Part shown: piece after piece, positions 47,553 through 58,019 of the stretch
Layout of the letters: each line of letters starts with the position of its first letter
Numbering within the stretch: position 1 is the first letter of the stretch
DNA from: an uncultured Gammaproteobacteria bacterium
Lineage (GTDB): Bacteria; Patescibacteriota; Patescibacteriia; UBA9934; GWF2-40-263
Length of the DNA: 64,000 nt
Assembly: GCA_964538435.1 (NCBI GenBank)
Contig: CAZIDX010000001.1
Span: forward strand, 139,304-203,303
Reading direction: 5' to 3'
The notes under the pieces: generated by a model
What the model was told of the DNA's origin: nothing
Seen by the model: the letters and a program-made list of their open reading frames with translations, nothing else
Databases searched by the model: none
Position numbers and translations under genes: made by a program

Positions 47553-49682
47553 ATGACAGAAAAAACAAAGAAGCACCCAAAACTGCTGCTGATCCTATCA
47601 ATACTCGCATTGTTTACGCCACTTTCAATGTTCCCCATGCTCTGGATGGGTAACCAGTCAGCAACATTCCTTATCTTTTGTCTCATTGTTGAACTCTCCT
47701 TCCCACTATACGCATACCACCTCCTCAAAAACCCAAAGGACTGCCCTAACCTAAAAAGTCCTGTCCTCCTACTCTTCCTGGGGTTCCTGCTCATGTATGT
47801 TGTTTCAAGTCTCTTTGGGATGGATTTCCATAACAGTTTTTGGAGTAACGGAATGAGGTTCACTGGTCATTTCTTGCACATACACATTATCGCATACGTA
47901 CTTTATCTCGTTCTTCTTCTCAAGTGGTACGGGAAAAAGGGCTACAAAACCATTCTTACAACCATCTCTCTCGTTGGAGGTATGGCAGCGCTCTATGGCA
48001 CACTGGAATACTTTGGAATCATACCAACCTATGCACCCGCGTTCCTACCGCGTGCATCAAGCGTATTTGGAAACCCAACATTGTTTGGCTCATTCTTAAC
48101 CATCCCATTCTTCTTTGCAGTACTCGCCTCTCTTCACGGGAGTACAAAGAAAACCATTTGGCTCAATCAAATCCTGGCAATCATTATCCTGGGGGGCGTG
48201 TTCGCCTCAGGTGCACGCGGAGCCCTTGTTGGTATTGCTGTGGGACTAATCGTTGGACTCATTGCACGCACAATCAAAGAAAAGAAAAAAGGGTTGAGAA
48301 AAAAACTTGTCTCTGCAAGTATCCTTATCGCACTTATTGCCGGATTTGCTTTTGCAATCACCTACCACAACTCAACAGAAGGCTCACTTGCCTACCGACT
48401 CACACACTTTGCTACAGAAACCTCATCAGAACGCCTTGTGCTTTGGGGAGTAGCCTGGGAAGGATTTAAGGAAGAGCCGTGGCTTGGACGTGGTTATGAA
48501 AACTACTATCAAATCGCGGAATCAAACTTCAATCCAGAACAATATCAATACTCAAACATTTGGCCTGACAAGCCTCACAACCAACTCCTAGAAATCCTAT
48601 CTACTGGTGGAATTTTCGTATTCATTCTTTACCTGCTTCTCCTAGGATTCATGGCAAAATCATTTTGCTCATCCTCAAAACAAAACAAATTTTCACACAC
48701 AGATTCGAGCGTGCTCCTTGCGGCTCTTGCGGGATACATAGCACAATCTGTCTTCTTGTTTGATACGGTCGCAAGCTGGATTACTTTTTCAGTTCTTTTG
48801 GCTCTTGCTCTTTACACAGAACGCGCTGCGAAACGCGAACACAAAAACGGCAAACTTCCAGCATGGACAAAAAAGGTGCTACCTGCACTCCTCCTTGTTG
48901 GATCACTCACTCTCATCTTCTGTATTCTCCGACCTATTCTTTTAGATCTCTACAAGATTGATAAAGCAGCCGACCTGCAGATGACAGACATGAATCGCTC
49001 AATTCAACTGACTCAAGAATTTGGCTCGCATGGATTTGAGTTCGATTCAAATATTGCAGCCTCAACCACCAAATCAATCCTCACGACAGCATTCATATTC
49101 TCTGAGTTTAGTGCTGAACAACAAACAGCACTTCTTGAAACAATGATCGAACAATACGATCGAACCATCGAGCTCCACCCTGAACGCGCAGCATTTCTGT
49201 ACGAATATATTGCTTCAGAAATTCCCGCTTATCGATACATGAAATTAGAGCCACAGATCGAAGAGTGGATTGAGAAACTTGATAAGCTAAAAGCCTTAGT
49301 TCCAAACCGAAAAGAAATTCCGGGGGTGTGGGCTCAGATCGGCCTCGCATACTTCAGTATCGATATGCGAGATGAGGGCTTAGCCTATCTCAGAGAAAAA
49401 GCCGAACAAAACCCAGAAACAACATCGTACAAGGACCTAGTTTTTGCAATGACGGGATATTACACGAGCAATAAACTCTATGAGACCACAGCCTTCTTGT
49501 TTGAAATTTTAATCGAGGAATATCCAGAAGACCCTCAATTCTACGCCAGCCTCGCTTCCACATATCATGTTATGGGCGACATAGAAAAAGCAATTGAAAC
49601 CGCAGAGCGACTGCTTGAACTTGGAGATCAGCATCAAGAAAGCGTCGATTGGTTCATGGAACAAATCCTAGCAGAAGAATAA
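47553..49682 (+). CDS. O-antigen ligase/Wzy_C-like glycosyltransferase with TPR tail
   Basis: About 12 TM; SVFGNP, SGARGA, ERLVLW, PWLGRG, PHN..LE. Confidence 0.85.
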   Translation: MTEKTKKHPKLLLILSILALFTPLSMFPMLWMGNQSATFLIFCLIVELSFPLYAYHLLKNPKDCPNLKSPVLLLFLGFLLMYVVSSLFGMDFHNSFWSNGMRFTGHFLHIHIIAYVLYLVLLLKWYGKKGYKTILTTISLVGGMAALYGTLEYFGIIPTYAPAFLPRASSVFGNPTLFGSFLTIPFFFAVLASLHGSTKKTIWLNQILAIIILGGVFASGARGALVGIAVGLIVGLIARTIKEKKKGLRKKLVSASILIALIAGFAFAITYHNSTEGSLAYRLTHFATETSSERLVLWGVAWEGFKEEPWLGRGYENYYQIAESNFNPEQYQYSNIWPDKPHNQLLEILSTGGIFVFILYLLLLGFMAKSFCSSSKQNKFSHTDSSVLLAALAGYIAQSVFLFDTVASWITFSVLLALALYTERAAKREHKNGKLPAWTKKVLPALLLVGSLTLIFCILRPILLDLYKIDKAADLQMTDMNRSIQLTQEFGSHGFEFDSNIAASTTKSILTTAFIFSEFSAEQQTALLETMIEQYDRTIELHPERAAFLYEYIASEIPAYRYMKLEPQIEEWIEKLDKLKALVPNRKEIPGVWAQIGLAYFSIDMRDEGLAYLREKAEQNPETTSYKDLVFAMTGYYTSNKLYETTAFLFEILIEEYPEDPQFYASLASTYHVMGDIEKAIETAERLLELGDQHQESVDWFMEQILAEE

Positions 49683-49708
49683 TCAAAAAACCGGCTCAGG
49701 CCGGTTTT

Positions 49709-50131
49709 TTATTTGCCAAGTTGTTTCATGATCAGATCAACACCCTGCTGGATATGCCGAAACCGATCAGAACCCAGATGGACCCCACCATACCAACGCG
49801 TCACCACTACACAAACATTCACAAGATTTGCTTTTCGCAGCGCACGCAAAATAATCATACTCGCACCTGTTTCACCATCATCCCCCTTCCTTTCAACAAC
49901 TGAACCATCTTGAACATAACGCGCCGCAAACATATTATGCGTTGCTTTTGCGTACTTCTTATTTGTTTTCATAAGAGCGAGAAAATCTTTTAACCCCCTG
50001 TCGCTTTCCACTCTTCCTCCAGATACAGCGTACTTTGATCCACGATCAATCGTATAGTGATGTACCTGAACCCAAGTATGCCTAACATCATTTTCATTTG
50101 AAAACAACATTCCAAGTTGATCAGTATTCAT
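49709..50131 (-). CDS. YigZ/IMPACT family protein
   Basis: DRGSKY, ATHNMFAAR, DDGETGA, VVTRWYGGVHLG.DRF. Confidence 0.85.
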   Translation of the reverse strand: MNTDQLGMLFSNENDVRHTWVQVHHYTIDRGSKYAVSGGRVESDRGLKDFLALMKTNKKYAKATHNMFAARYVQDGSVVERKGDDGETGASMIILRALRKANLVNVCVVVTRWYGGVHLGSDRFRHIQQGVDLIMKQLGK

Positions 50132-50195
50132 ACCATTCAATTTTACCACTTCAACAATAACAAATAGAAAACCCCCGCCAAAGCAGGGGCTCGTT

Positions 50196-51269
50196 TCAAC
50201 CCCAGTGAATCTGTCTCTGATGTCGTATCAGAGCTCGCTTCACTGCTCGAAGCTGGTCTCGTATCTCACTCTCCTCGGTGGGAAGAGGCTCGAGAAGAAA
50301 TGGACATTCACTGAGCACAGCCCTCACATCTATGTTGCTCGGCCCCTGATCCACTCGGGCTGGATCAAGTCCCAGCATGGTAGGCGCGAAAAGCTCGTTC
50401 ATGGTGAGCAACGTATACTCACGCGTCTCAACGAAACTCTGACCCACGTCTCCGACCACACATCCCTCCTTGCCCTGCCAGACCTCCTCAGCCACCTGAG
50501 CGTAACGCTCAGAAGCGATTGTCTGCTCATGAAGCAAGCAAAGATCTGTGAACGTCTTTCCTGAAGAAGGCCCCTTCTCCTCAGTCACGTGGAAGATGGC
50601 CTGTGATAGAACCACCATCAAGTCCATACCGTGCTTCTTGCAGGACTCCCAGGTCCGAGCAACGCCCTGCCACGACCCAGCAGCCACAAAGAGAATGATT
50701 CGCGCAGGCATGCGCCCACCTTCCTCCTGCGCCTTCTGAGCAATGAATTCGACCATTGCCTCACCAGTCGACCCGGACGCCATTGCCCCTTCGGCAATGA
50801 TGATATTCTCGGCAAAGAAGTAGCCCTTGTGAGAATCCCTCACCACCGCCTTCCACACACCGGGCGACACTTCCCTGCGCCCCGCCTCCATAAAGGACGT
50901 TTGCAAGGGAAGGATGTTGTGCTCATCAAAGAGATCAGCCATCCCCTTCCACGCGCGAAAGTACAGACCCCCGTTGAGCGGAACCCATTGCGCGAAGTTG
51001 CCGCTGAGATCACGGAGTTCATCACCCACCGCCCAAATCATGCTGCGTATCAGGTGCTTTGCAGCACGAATTCGATCACGTCCCATGACCATACGATGGA
51101 AGAACACCTCTCCAGGCGCCGATTCCACAACGTACATACGAGGTGGGAACGCGTCTGGTCTCAAGCGAAAATTCATTCGCAGACGAACCGTGTCCAAATC
51201 CCATTTGGTAATGGAAGGTTGACCAGGAACACGTACCTCCTGAGGCACACCAACATCTTCAAGAAGCAT
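50196..51269 (-). CDS. GC-rich phosphoribosyltransferase-fold-like protein
   Basis: PRPP-loop-like IIIAEGAMASGST, VPLNGG, C-terminal VGDVG (UPRTase-like); AAAGGAGG SD. Confidence 0.55.
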   Translation of the reverse strand: MLLEDVGVPQEVRVPGQPSITKWDLDTVRLRMNFRLRPDAFPPRMYVVESAPGEVFFHRMVMGRDRIRAAKHLIRSMIWAVGDELRDLSGNFAQWVPLNGGLYFRAWKGMADLFDEHNILPLQTSFMEAGRREVSPGVWKAVVRDSHKGYFFAENIIIAEGAMASGSTGEAMVEFIAQKAQEEGGRMPARIILFVAAGSWQGVARTWESCKKHGMDLMVVLSQAIFHVTEEKGPSSGKTFTDLCLLHEQTIASERYAQVAEEVWQGKEGCVVGDVGQSFVETREYTLLTMNELFAPTMLGLDPARVDQGPSNIDVRAVLSECPFLLEPLPTEESEIRDQLRAVKRALIRHQRQIHWG

Positions 51270-51378
51270 GTCGCCTCCTTTCATTGCGCCCAAACCCTAG
51301 CAATACTCTGTTTTTTTGTAAATAGTTCTACAAAAAGCTTGTTGTTCGTGATACCATCACAGTTGAATACTTCACACT

Positions 51379-52227
51379 ATGCCCAAACGAATAGCACCCA
51401 TTAAAAAACTGAAAAAAACACGCTCACTAACAGAGGTGATCAAAAAAATCTATTCAAACATTGCATTTGAAAAAAAGAATTTTGAAAATCTCTATCCTCA
51501 AGAATTCAAACAAAAGTTCTTTTTTTACTATCGTGCATTTGATTCTTTTTCTGCACTCAGGCTCCGCTTCTACAAAAAAAGGCTACAACAAGCCCTGGAT
51601 CTAGCAAAAGGAAAACGCGTATTGATTGTTGGTAGCGGATTAGGAACCGAAGCATTTCTTTTCCGAGCACAAGGCGCAGTTGAGGTCACAGGAATTGATA
51701 TCGATCCAATATTCATATCTCTTGCAAATCAGAGGTCAAAGGAATGGAGAGCAAAGAACGTCGAATTCATTGAAGAGAGCGTCTTTACGTACCAACCAAC
51801 CAAAGCCTTTGACCTTGTGTTTATAATGGAAACGTTTCACCACATCATTGAGGAACAAAGAGGAAGTTTCTTTCCAACTGTTTCAAAATTTCTCACCCCC
51901 AACGGCATTGTCGTCGTTAGTGAACCAAATGGCTCCAACCCTCTCATATTAGCAAAACTAAAAAGCCATGACTGCATGACAGGAGTCAAAAAAACGCTTG
52001 GCAGGTACCAAATGACAGACGAAATGGTTGTACCTCTTTCAACAATTAAAAAACTCATGGACCAATCAAATTTCAAGATCGTCGAATCGTCTCGTTATCG
52101 AGTTATCCCAGGCACACCCTGGCCAACTCTTGATCGAATTCTGGCCTTTTTCGAACCCGTACTTGAAATGCTGTTGCCACTTAGCATCATAGGAATCGGC
52201 TATACGATTGTTGGGAAAAAGAACTAA
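51379..52227 (+). CDS. Class I SAM-dependent methyltransferase
   Basis: VLIVGSGLG, GIDID, FDLV...FHH, LTPNG...EPN. Confidence 0.85.
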   Translation: MPKRIAPIKKLKKTRSLTEVIKKIYSNIAFEKKNFENLYPQEFKQKFFFYYRAFDSFSALRLRFYKKRLQQALDLAKGKRVLIVGSGLGTEAFLFRAQGAVEVTGIDIDPIFISLANQRSKEWRAKNVEFIEESVFTYQPTKAFDLVFIMETFHHIIEEQRGSFFPTVSKFLTPNGIVVVSEPNGSNPLILAKLKSHDCMTGVKKTLGRYQMTDEMVVPLSTIKKLMDQSNFKIVESSRYRVIPGTPWPTLDRILAFFEPVLEMLLPLSIIGIGYTIVGKKN

Positions 52228-52270
52228 AATAGGTTTCCTGCTTTGCAGACGAACGGTATACTTCTACCAT

Positions 52271-52831
52271 ATGAAACATTTTCTACTTTTTCTGATGTTA
52301 ATCTCATCAACCCTGATTCTTTCTGGCTGCTCAAACCCTGAACCAACCATCACAGAAACTACCGAGACCCAACTCGAAGAACTGACCGCGCAAGCAGAAC
52401 AGATGAGTCAGGAGTTAGAAGCTACACAACGAGAGCTCGATGAACTTCTCCAAGAAGTTCAAGATAATACTAAAGTCGACACAAACGAGCAGGACTTACT
52501 CAATGATCTCGCAAACTCTGAGACTGTTTCAACAAACACCGGAGCATCTCAAGGAAGCTGCGACAGTATTACAGAAACATCTATCTGCACAGAATATCTT
52601 GGAGAATGGGATGAAACTGAAATGAAACTTCACTGTGTATCAGAGGAACGTTTCTCAACAGCATCCTGTCCATCTGACGCGCTTGGAGGATGTAGTATAA
52701 TCATGGGAGAAAACAGTAGCCTCACCTCTTGGTACTACAACTACGGCAGTGATCCAGTAAGCAGTGACTCAATAGTACTCTCAGAACTCCTGTGCACCAC
52801 AACCCCAGGCTCAACCTGGATGACAAAGTAA
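52271..52831 (+). CDS. Lipoprotein with coiled coil and Cys-rich C-terminal domain
   Basis: LILSGC lipobox; 6 C-terminal Cys. Confidence 0.7.
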   Translation: MKHFLLFLMLISSTLILSGCSNPEPTITETTETQLEELTAQAEQMSQELEATQRELDELLQEVQDNTKVDTNEQDLLNDLANSETVSTNTGASQGSCDSITETSICTEYLGEWDETEMKLHCVSEERFSTASCPSDALGGCSIIMGENSSLTSWYYNYGSDPVSSDSIVLSELLCTTTPGSTWMTK

Positions 52832-52909
52832 ACAAAAAAAGCAGGCCTCGCGCCTGTTTTTGTTTGACACATTTTGTCTTACCCCATATTCTCAAAATAT
52901 GGAGGTCTA

Positions 52910-53191
52910 ATGGATGAAAAACTTGTTGAACGCCTAGAACAGGCTGTACGCGACGCCTCACTCCTTGTTTCTCGCATGGAGCGCATTACTGAATCATTCT
53001 CCGGCACAATCAGAGAGTTCTCTGCTTCTGCCACCAAAATGTACGAAGCAGCAAGAGCCAACGACGCCGCATCTGTACGAAACCTTGAAGCTGCACAAAT
53101 CAACGACGCTGCCTCTATGCGTTTCCAAGAAGCTGCGCGCACCATGTCAGCAGCCGCATCACGCATCCAGGCCGCATCCTCTCGCCGCTAG
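52910..53191 (+). CDS. Ala-rich helical repeat protein
   Basis: GGAGG SD; 14-aa repeats (YEAARANDAASVRN / LEAAQINDAASMRF / QEAARTMSAAASRI). Confidence 0.65.
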   Translation: MDEKLVERLEQAVRDASLLVSRMERITESFSGTIREFSASATKMYEAARANDAASVRNLEAAQINDAASMRFQEAARTMSAAASRIQAASSRR

Positions 53192-53215
53192 CAACGGATC
53201 TCCGTTGCTTTTCTT

Positions 53216-53280
53216 TTCCCTCACAAAAAACAAGGTGGTGGTCGTCTATTCTGCGAGACGGCCCGGCTCCGCCGAGGGAA
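53216..53280 (+). repeat. Dispersed structured repeat, copy 4 (core 53234-53273, arms degenerate)
   Basis: GGTGGTGGTCGTCTATTCTGCGAGACGGCCCGGCTCCGCC; only TTCCCTC/GAGGGAA left as flanking pairing. Confidence 0.85.
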
Positions 53281-53368
53281 CTTATTTCAGTACTACAGTG
53301 AGCGTATTGACAAAACCCTCATTTTGTGGCACTATTCCTCACCACTGTTTCCCGAAAGGAGCAGAAAC

Positions 53369-53812
53369 ATGAATCAGTTCTTCGCTCGACTCCTGAGCAT
53401 CCGTATCTTCCGAGGTCAAAGCACGACCACCAAGCAGAAGAACGCACGCGCGTTCACGATCGAGATGACTCCTCTCACCGACGAGTCTGCCCAATGGGCC
53501 TCCAAGTACTGGAACACGGACGAGGGCGGCATCTTCTACATCCGCGCCTGCTACGCCCCCAGCTCCGCAATACCCAACGACGGCATGGCACTGCGGTACA
53601 TGGAGCGACACCTCACCGAGTTCCGCTCAGGCCGTCTGCGCTTCGAGCTCAAGATCGCCCGCCCCGAACAGACCCCCACGCTCGTGGATGACATGGTGCA
53701 GGAGTTCCCACCCAGCATCCTCATCACCCGCCGCAACATCGTCCGCATCTCACAGGACGACGGCACGAACGACGGCATCGACCTGCTCAACGAACTGGGC
53801 ATGAGTGCCTAG
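53369..53812 (+). CDS. GC-rich hypothetical protein
   Basis: AAAGGAG SD; TTGACA upstream; terminator at about 53842-53875. Confidence 0.7.
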   Translation: MNQFFARLLSIRIFRGQSTTTKQKNARAFTIEMTPLTDESAQWASKYWNTDEGGIFYIRACYAPSSAIPNDGMALRYMERHLTEFRSGRLRFELKIARPEQTPTLVDDMVQEFPPSILITRRNIVRISQDDGTNDGIDLLNELGMSA

Positions 53813-53919
53813 ACATCGGCAATCACGCGCCGAAAACAACGGACCCGCAGCCTTACCAGCTGCGGGTCATGTTTTTATCCACTTGCATATTGCATACAAA
53901 AAAGTAAAATCAATGACAT

Positions 53920-54915
53920 ATGACAAAAGAAACAAGAAACATAACACCTCAGGAAGCCCCACCAATGAACCAACCACAACCTGAAGAGCAGCAGGCTCAG
54001 CCCCCTGAAGCTAAGACAGAACTTGAAATCATGGACGAGTTTTATGCTCTTTATGAATCCCTCGAAACAACAATGCAAAATCACCACGTCGTCCTCAGAC
54101 TGAAAAAAAAAGCTGACGATGATGTTATTACGTTCGCCTCTGCACTTGAGCAATTGAAAAAAATTATTGAAAAAAGAAAAGAAATTCAAGAACAAATCGA
54201 GATTACCTGGAAGCATCCAGAATATAATCTTCGTCAAGAAACAATTAATCAATTAGGTCGTGAGATTAGAGCGGCTGTCAGCATTCCAGCCGGACTGCTT
54301 GGTAATGGAAAAGATGGTCTGGTGTATTCGTTTCGAAGCGAAAACCGCAACCTATGTATTAAGCAGATGAGCACTGATGCAAGACAAAACAACGAAAGAC
54401 TATTCAAAAACAGAACAATTGATTCTGTAATAGCGAACAGAACATCAGCTCTCATAAAGAAAGAATTAAAATTCATGAATACTCTTCGAAACTTGGAAGT
54501 CGATGGTGTTCGCACACCAAAACCTTTGTTTGCATTTAAATCCGATGTCATGCGTGGAATTGTCATGGAAGAACTGCATGCCATGACCATGCAAAGAATT
54601 GTTGAAGGTCAAACAACCCTTGGAATTAGAGATGAACTGCCAGAAAATTTTGACATAGACGACTTCTTCAGCCGACTCAGAAGTTACATCATTGCAATGC
54701 ACAAAAAAGGAATCATTCACGGCGACATTGCACTCAGAAACATCATGATTGATCGAGAAACCGGAGCGCCATATCTTATTGATTTCGGTGATTCAAATTT
54801 TACGCGTGATAAGGATTTGGGTTCAAGAAAAGCCCTGGAAAACGACGATCTAAAAAAACTACGAGACGAAAAACAGCGTCTAAAGGAATGGATGGATCGA
54901 CGTGCATCCAAATAA
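53920..54915 (+). CDS. Protein kinase-like (RIO/Bud32-type short C-lobe)
   Basis: LGNGKDGLVY, CIK, KE, VMEEL, HGDIALRNIMI, LIDFG. Confidence 0.8.
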   Translation: MTKETRNITPQEAPPMNQPQPEEQQAQPPEAKTELEIMDEFYALYESLETTMQNHHVVLRLKKKADDDVITFASALEQLKKIIEKRKEIQEQIEITWKHPEYNLRQETINQLGREIRAAVSIPAGLLGNGKDGLVYSFRSENRNLCIKQMSTDARQNNERLFKNRTIDSVIANRTSALIKKELKFMNTLRNLEVDGVRTPKPLFAFKSDVMRGIVMEELHAMTMQRIVEGQTTLGIRDELPENFDIDDFFSRLRSYIIAMHKKGIIHGDIALRNIMIDRETGAPYLIDFGDSNFTRDKDLGSRKALENDDLKKLRDEKQRLKEWMDRRASK

Positions 54916-54984
54916 TATTGACAAAATTTCAACCCTATGGTAAACAATACAGCTCCATCAACCCAAACAGAAGCGGAGGACGGC

Positions 54985-55200
54985 ATGTTCCAACCTGCTG
55001 AGGGTGTCTTGGATGACGCCCGCACGATCGCTGAAAAGATGATCAAGGCGGGCGAAACGCACGCCGCCTACCCTGAAGACGGAAGGCCGATGTTCCATGT
55101 GACGTCGGATGAATCACTTCTCGCCTCAGTGCTGGGCGACTTCGAGATCGACGACACAACCATCTACTTCGGCTTCCTCAGGAATGCCGATGAAAAGTAG
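54985..55200 (+). CDS. Small hypothetical protein
   Basis: GGAGG SD before MFQPAEG; hairpin downstream. Confidence 0.55.
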   Translation: MFQPAEGVLDDARTIAEKMIKAGETHAAYPEDGRPMFHVTSDESLLASVLGDFEIDDTTIYFGFLRNADEK

Positions 55201-55280
55201 CCGCACTCTCGAACCACAACGCCCCACCGTTTCCCGGTGAGGCGTTTTCTAATTCAAAAATGCTATTCGCTCAAGCTTGA

Positions 55281-55769
55281 TCAATCAACCAACTCCACCC
55301 CTGCTTCCTCTGCCATCCCTTCAAGATTATGTTTCAACCGCTCTTCTCCCTGCTCAGTATACGTTGATCTTTGCACAATTATCCCCCTCTCCTTCGCAAA
55401 CCGCATCGTCTCCTCAACAAGCCTCTTCGAATATCCCTTTTCTTGAAACTTTGGATCAATCGACATAAACGAAATCCAATATGTGTTCTCACGATACGGA
55501 CTCTCTTCAAGCTCAGCCAGCCCCACAACAACTTCCCCCTCTCTAACCAAAGGATAGAACAGCTTTTCCCTACGTCTTAACACCTTTCCAATATCAAAAT
55601 ACCTAAACACACCATTGTCCCGTCCGCTACCAAACCTTTCATCCTGAGGCATTGGCTCACCTTGATAAACCATATCAATAATCTCAGATCCAGATACTGT
55701 CTCAGCACTAACCACTAATTTATCCTTTGATTCCACTGACAGTCGACTCCTTTCACCTTCGCCAGCCAT
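55281..55769 (-). CDS. GNAT-family acetyltransferase
   Basis: VVGLAEL, SIDPKFQEKGYSKRLV (motif A). Confidence 0.75.
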   Translation of the reverse strand: MAGEGERSRLSVESKDKLVVSAETVSGSEIIDMVYQGEPMPQDERFGSGRDNGVFRYFDIGKVLRRREKLFYPLVREGEVVVGLAELEESPYRENTYWISFMSIDPKFQEKGYSKRLVEETMRFAKERGIIVQRSTYTEQGEERLKHNLEGMAEEAGVELVD

Positions 55770-55773
55770 AGTT

Positions 55774-56178
55774 CTATGCTCTCAATTCTGCCACAGCTTC
55801 ATGTACGAGCGTTTTTAATCTGGCAAGAATCTCAACAATCTCTCCTGGACCATCAATATGTGGATTTGTTTCTGAAACAACATCACTTGACATGCGATCA
55901 AGATGGGGTAGATGTCCTTCTAATTTGTTGACCCAATCCTCTCTCTCACTCTCATCAGCTTCAAACGCAGAGTTGATTTGCTGAAAAATTGCATCTGCCG
56001 TTTCATCTGCCCATCCCTCATCCTTATCTTTGTTTAAAAGCTCAATCACCTCAGCTAGCCGTTCTCGTAAGGTAGTAGGAACATTCTCATTTTTTCCAAA
56101 ATAACTATCAAGTGGCCATGGTTCTCGCACCCACTCATCAGCAGGGGGCTGATATCCCTCCGTTCCTAATTCAGACAT
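55774..56178 (-). CDS. Hypothetical protein
   Basis: 134-aa ORF in series with its neighbours. Confidence 0.6.
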   Translation of the reverse strand: MSELGTEGYQPPADEWVREPWPLDSYFGKNENVPTTLRERLAEVIELLNKDKDEGWADETADAIFQQINSAFEADESEREDWVNKLEGHLPHLDRMSSDVVSETNPHIDGPGEIVEILARLKTLVHEAVAELRA

Positions 56179-56235
56179 ATTTGTATGTATTACAAGATTT
56201 AGATGTAAGTATTCTACTCCTCCAAAGTCAATCTC

Positions 56236-57273
56236 TCAACCCTCCTTTTTTACCACCCGGACACCTCCACGGATCCTAAGCTCAAGACTCAGAGGAGGCT
56301 CTATCCCTGTTTTCGCAAGAACATCTTTCATGCGCTCATCAAAAAGACGCGTCAACTCCTTCTCTCGCTCTTCCTGTTCCTGATACGCTTCATTGGAATC
56401 TGCGACAAAATCCCTACTACGATAATGCAGTTGCGGCCAATCATCCCATCGCTGAGCCACATCCGGTCCAACACCGCGCCCAAGCATATCCGTCACCTGA
56501 TCTGGAGACTCAAACACGATTGCAAAGTACAAAGCCAAAATCTCTTGACCGTTCTGATAATCAAAAAGGTTTGTTACGTATTTTTTCATGAACGACTCAC
56601 CCCTTTCAGCTCTTGCTCTTACATTATTTACATCATTCATTACTATCTGAGATCGCCCTTCAATACCATTCTTTATCAACTCTTTCTGACTTTTCCCACC
56701 AGCTATAAAATGAGGAATTTCTCCAAACGAACCATACACAAACTCTTCCGCATGAATAAGCGTGTCCATAACACCATAACTGGAAACCTCGCCAGTTTGA
56801 TCAGGGCTCAAAAATTCATCAAAATCATTTTTGTCTGCGCGTACTGGAGTTAACCCTCGAACAAACTTTTGAAACAACTTAAGCTTCTTTCGTTTTCTCA
56901 AAAACTCCCCTGGCCTCAAAAGAGTGACTCCATCAAAATACAGTTGTCTCATTTCATCTACTTGCAAAGCAGACTTTTCACGTAGCACCTCATGATTTCC
57001 ATTTTCAAAAATCTCTTCCACCAACCTTGCAAGCTCGTTGTCTTCTTTTATCAAATCAAGCTCCCTTTCTAATGCGGGCACATCCCCATCATCAGAAAGT
57101 CGATCCTTGATATCTGCCATCTTCCTCTCAGACTCAGCTTTATCAATTGCAAAAGCCTCAGACACAAGCACGCGCTTATCTGGTCGTTTCGCAGCAGAAC
57201 GCTCTATCTCACGCTCTTGCACCACGTCTCGACCATTCTCGACATGGGGAGTTTTTCGAAAAATATCAAACAT
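56236..57273 (-). CDS. Hypothetical protein
   Basis: About 345-aa ORF. Confidence 0.65.
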   Translation of the reverse strand: MFDIFRKTPHVENGRDVVQEREIERSAAKRPDKRVLVSEAFAIDKAESERKMADIKDRLSDDGDVPALERELDLIKEDNELARLVEEIFENGNHEVLREKSALQVDEMRQLYFDGVTLLRPGEFLRKRKKLKLFQKFVRGLTPVRADKNDFDEFLSPDQTGEVSSYGVMDTLIHAEEFVYGSFGEIPHFIAGGKSQKELIKNGIEGRSQIVMNDVNNVRARAERGESFMKKYVTNLFDYQNGQEILALYFAIVFESPDQVTDMLGRGVGPDVAQRWDDWPQLHYRSRDFVADSNEAYQEQEEREKELTRLFDERMKDVLAKTGIEPPLSLELRIRGGVRVVKKEG

Positions 57274-57334
57274 ATAGCTTACAAGACAGTATACCAATTT
57301 TCATGCTATTTTAAGATCAATAACCAAAGCACCT

Positions 57335-57988
57335 ATGAAACACTCGAGTAAAAAGCTTCTCATTGCCCTGCTTGGCATAAACACCCTCTTCATTGCCGCA
57401 CATCTGCTCATTCACTCTCTAGAGCTTTTTACTGAAAAGGACGTCACAACACTCGTCGCGCTCTTAAGCATGGATCTCGAATACACCCTCCCAACGTTCT
57501 TTGCAACCCTGCTCCTTGCAAGCATCTCAGGAGCATTCCTGACAATCGCTCTCAAAAAACAAACTCACAAGCTGGCCTGGTTTTCACTTTCTGCAATCTT
57601 TGCCTACCTAAGCCTAGATGAGCTCCTCGCCATCCACGAACGCCTCATCGAACCCATGCAAGCAATGCTGAGCATCTCAAGCGGGCCATTCTTTTTCGCC
57701 TGGATCATCCCGGTCTCCATTCTGATCATTCTCTTCACAGCTATCTACTGGAGATTCTTTTTCTCCCTACCAAAATCAACACGCAATCTTCTATTCCTCG
57801 CAGCCACCCTATTTGTTCTGGGTGCAATCGGAGTCGAGATGATCTCCGGTGCATACTGGCAAGCCAATAACTTTGATAACAATATTACCTATCGCATTCT
57901 AAATGCTCTTGAGGAAGGCTTGGAAAACACAGGATCAATTATTGCTCTTATCACACTTCTCAAATTTAGAACGAAAAACTCGCAGTAA
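57335..57988 (+). CDS. Membrane protein
   Basis: 6 TM; SLDE..IHE, EEGLE motifs. Confidence 0.7.
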   Translation: MKHSSKKLLIALLGINTLFIAAHLLIHSLELFTEKDVTTLVALLSMDLEYTLPTFFATLLLASISGAFLTIALKKQTHKLAWFSLSAIFAYLSLDELLAIHERLIEPMQAMLSISSGPFFFAWIIPVSILIILFTAIYWRFFFSLPKSTRNLLFLAATLFVLGAIGVEMISGAYWQANNFDNNITYRILNALEEGLENTGSIIALITLLKFRTKNSQ

Positions 57989-58019
57989 GCACTACGAGTT
58001 TTTCAAAAATACCATTCAA

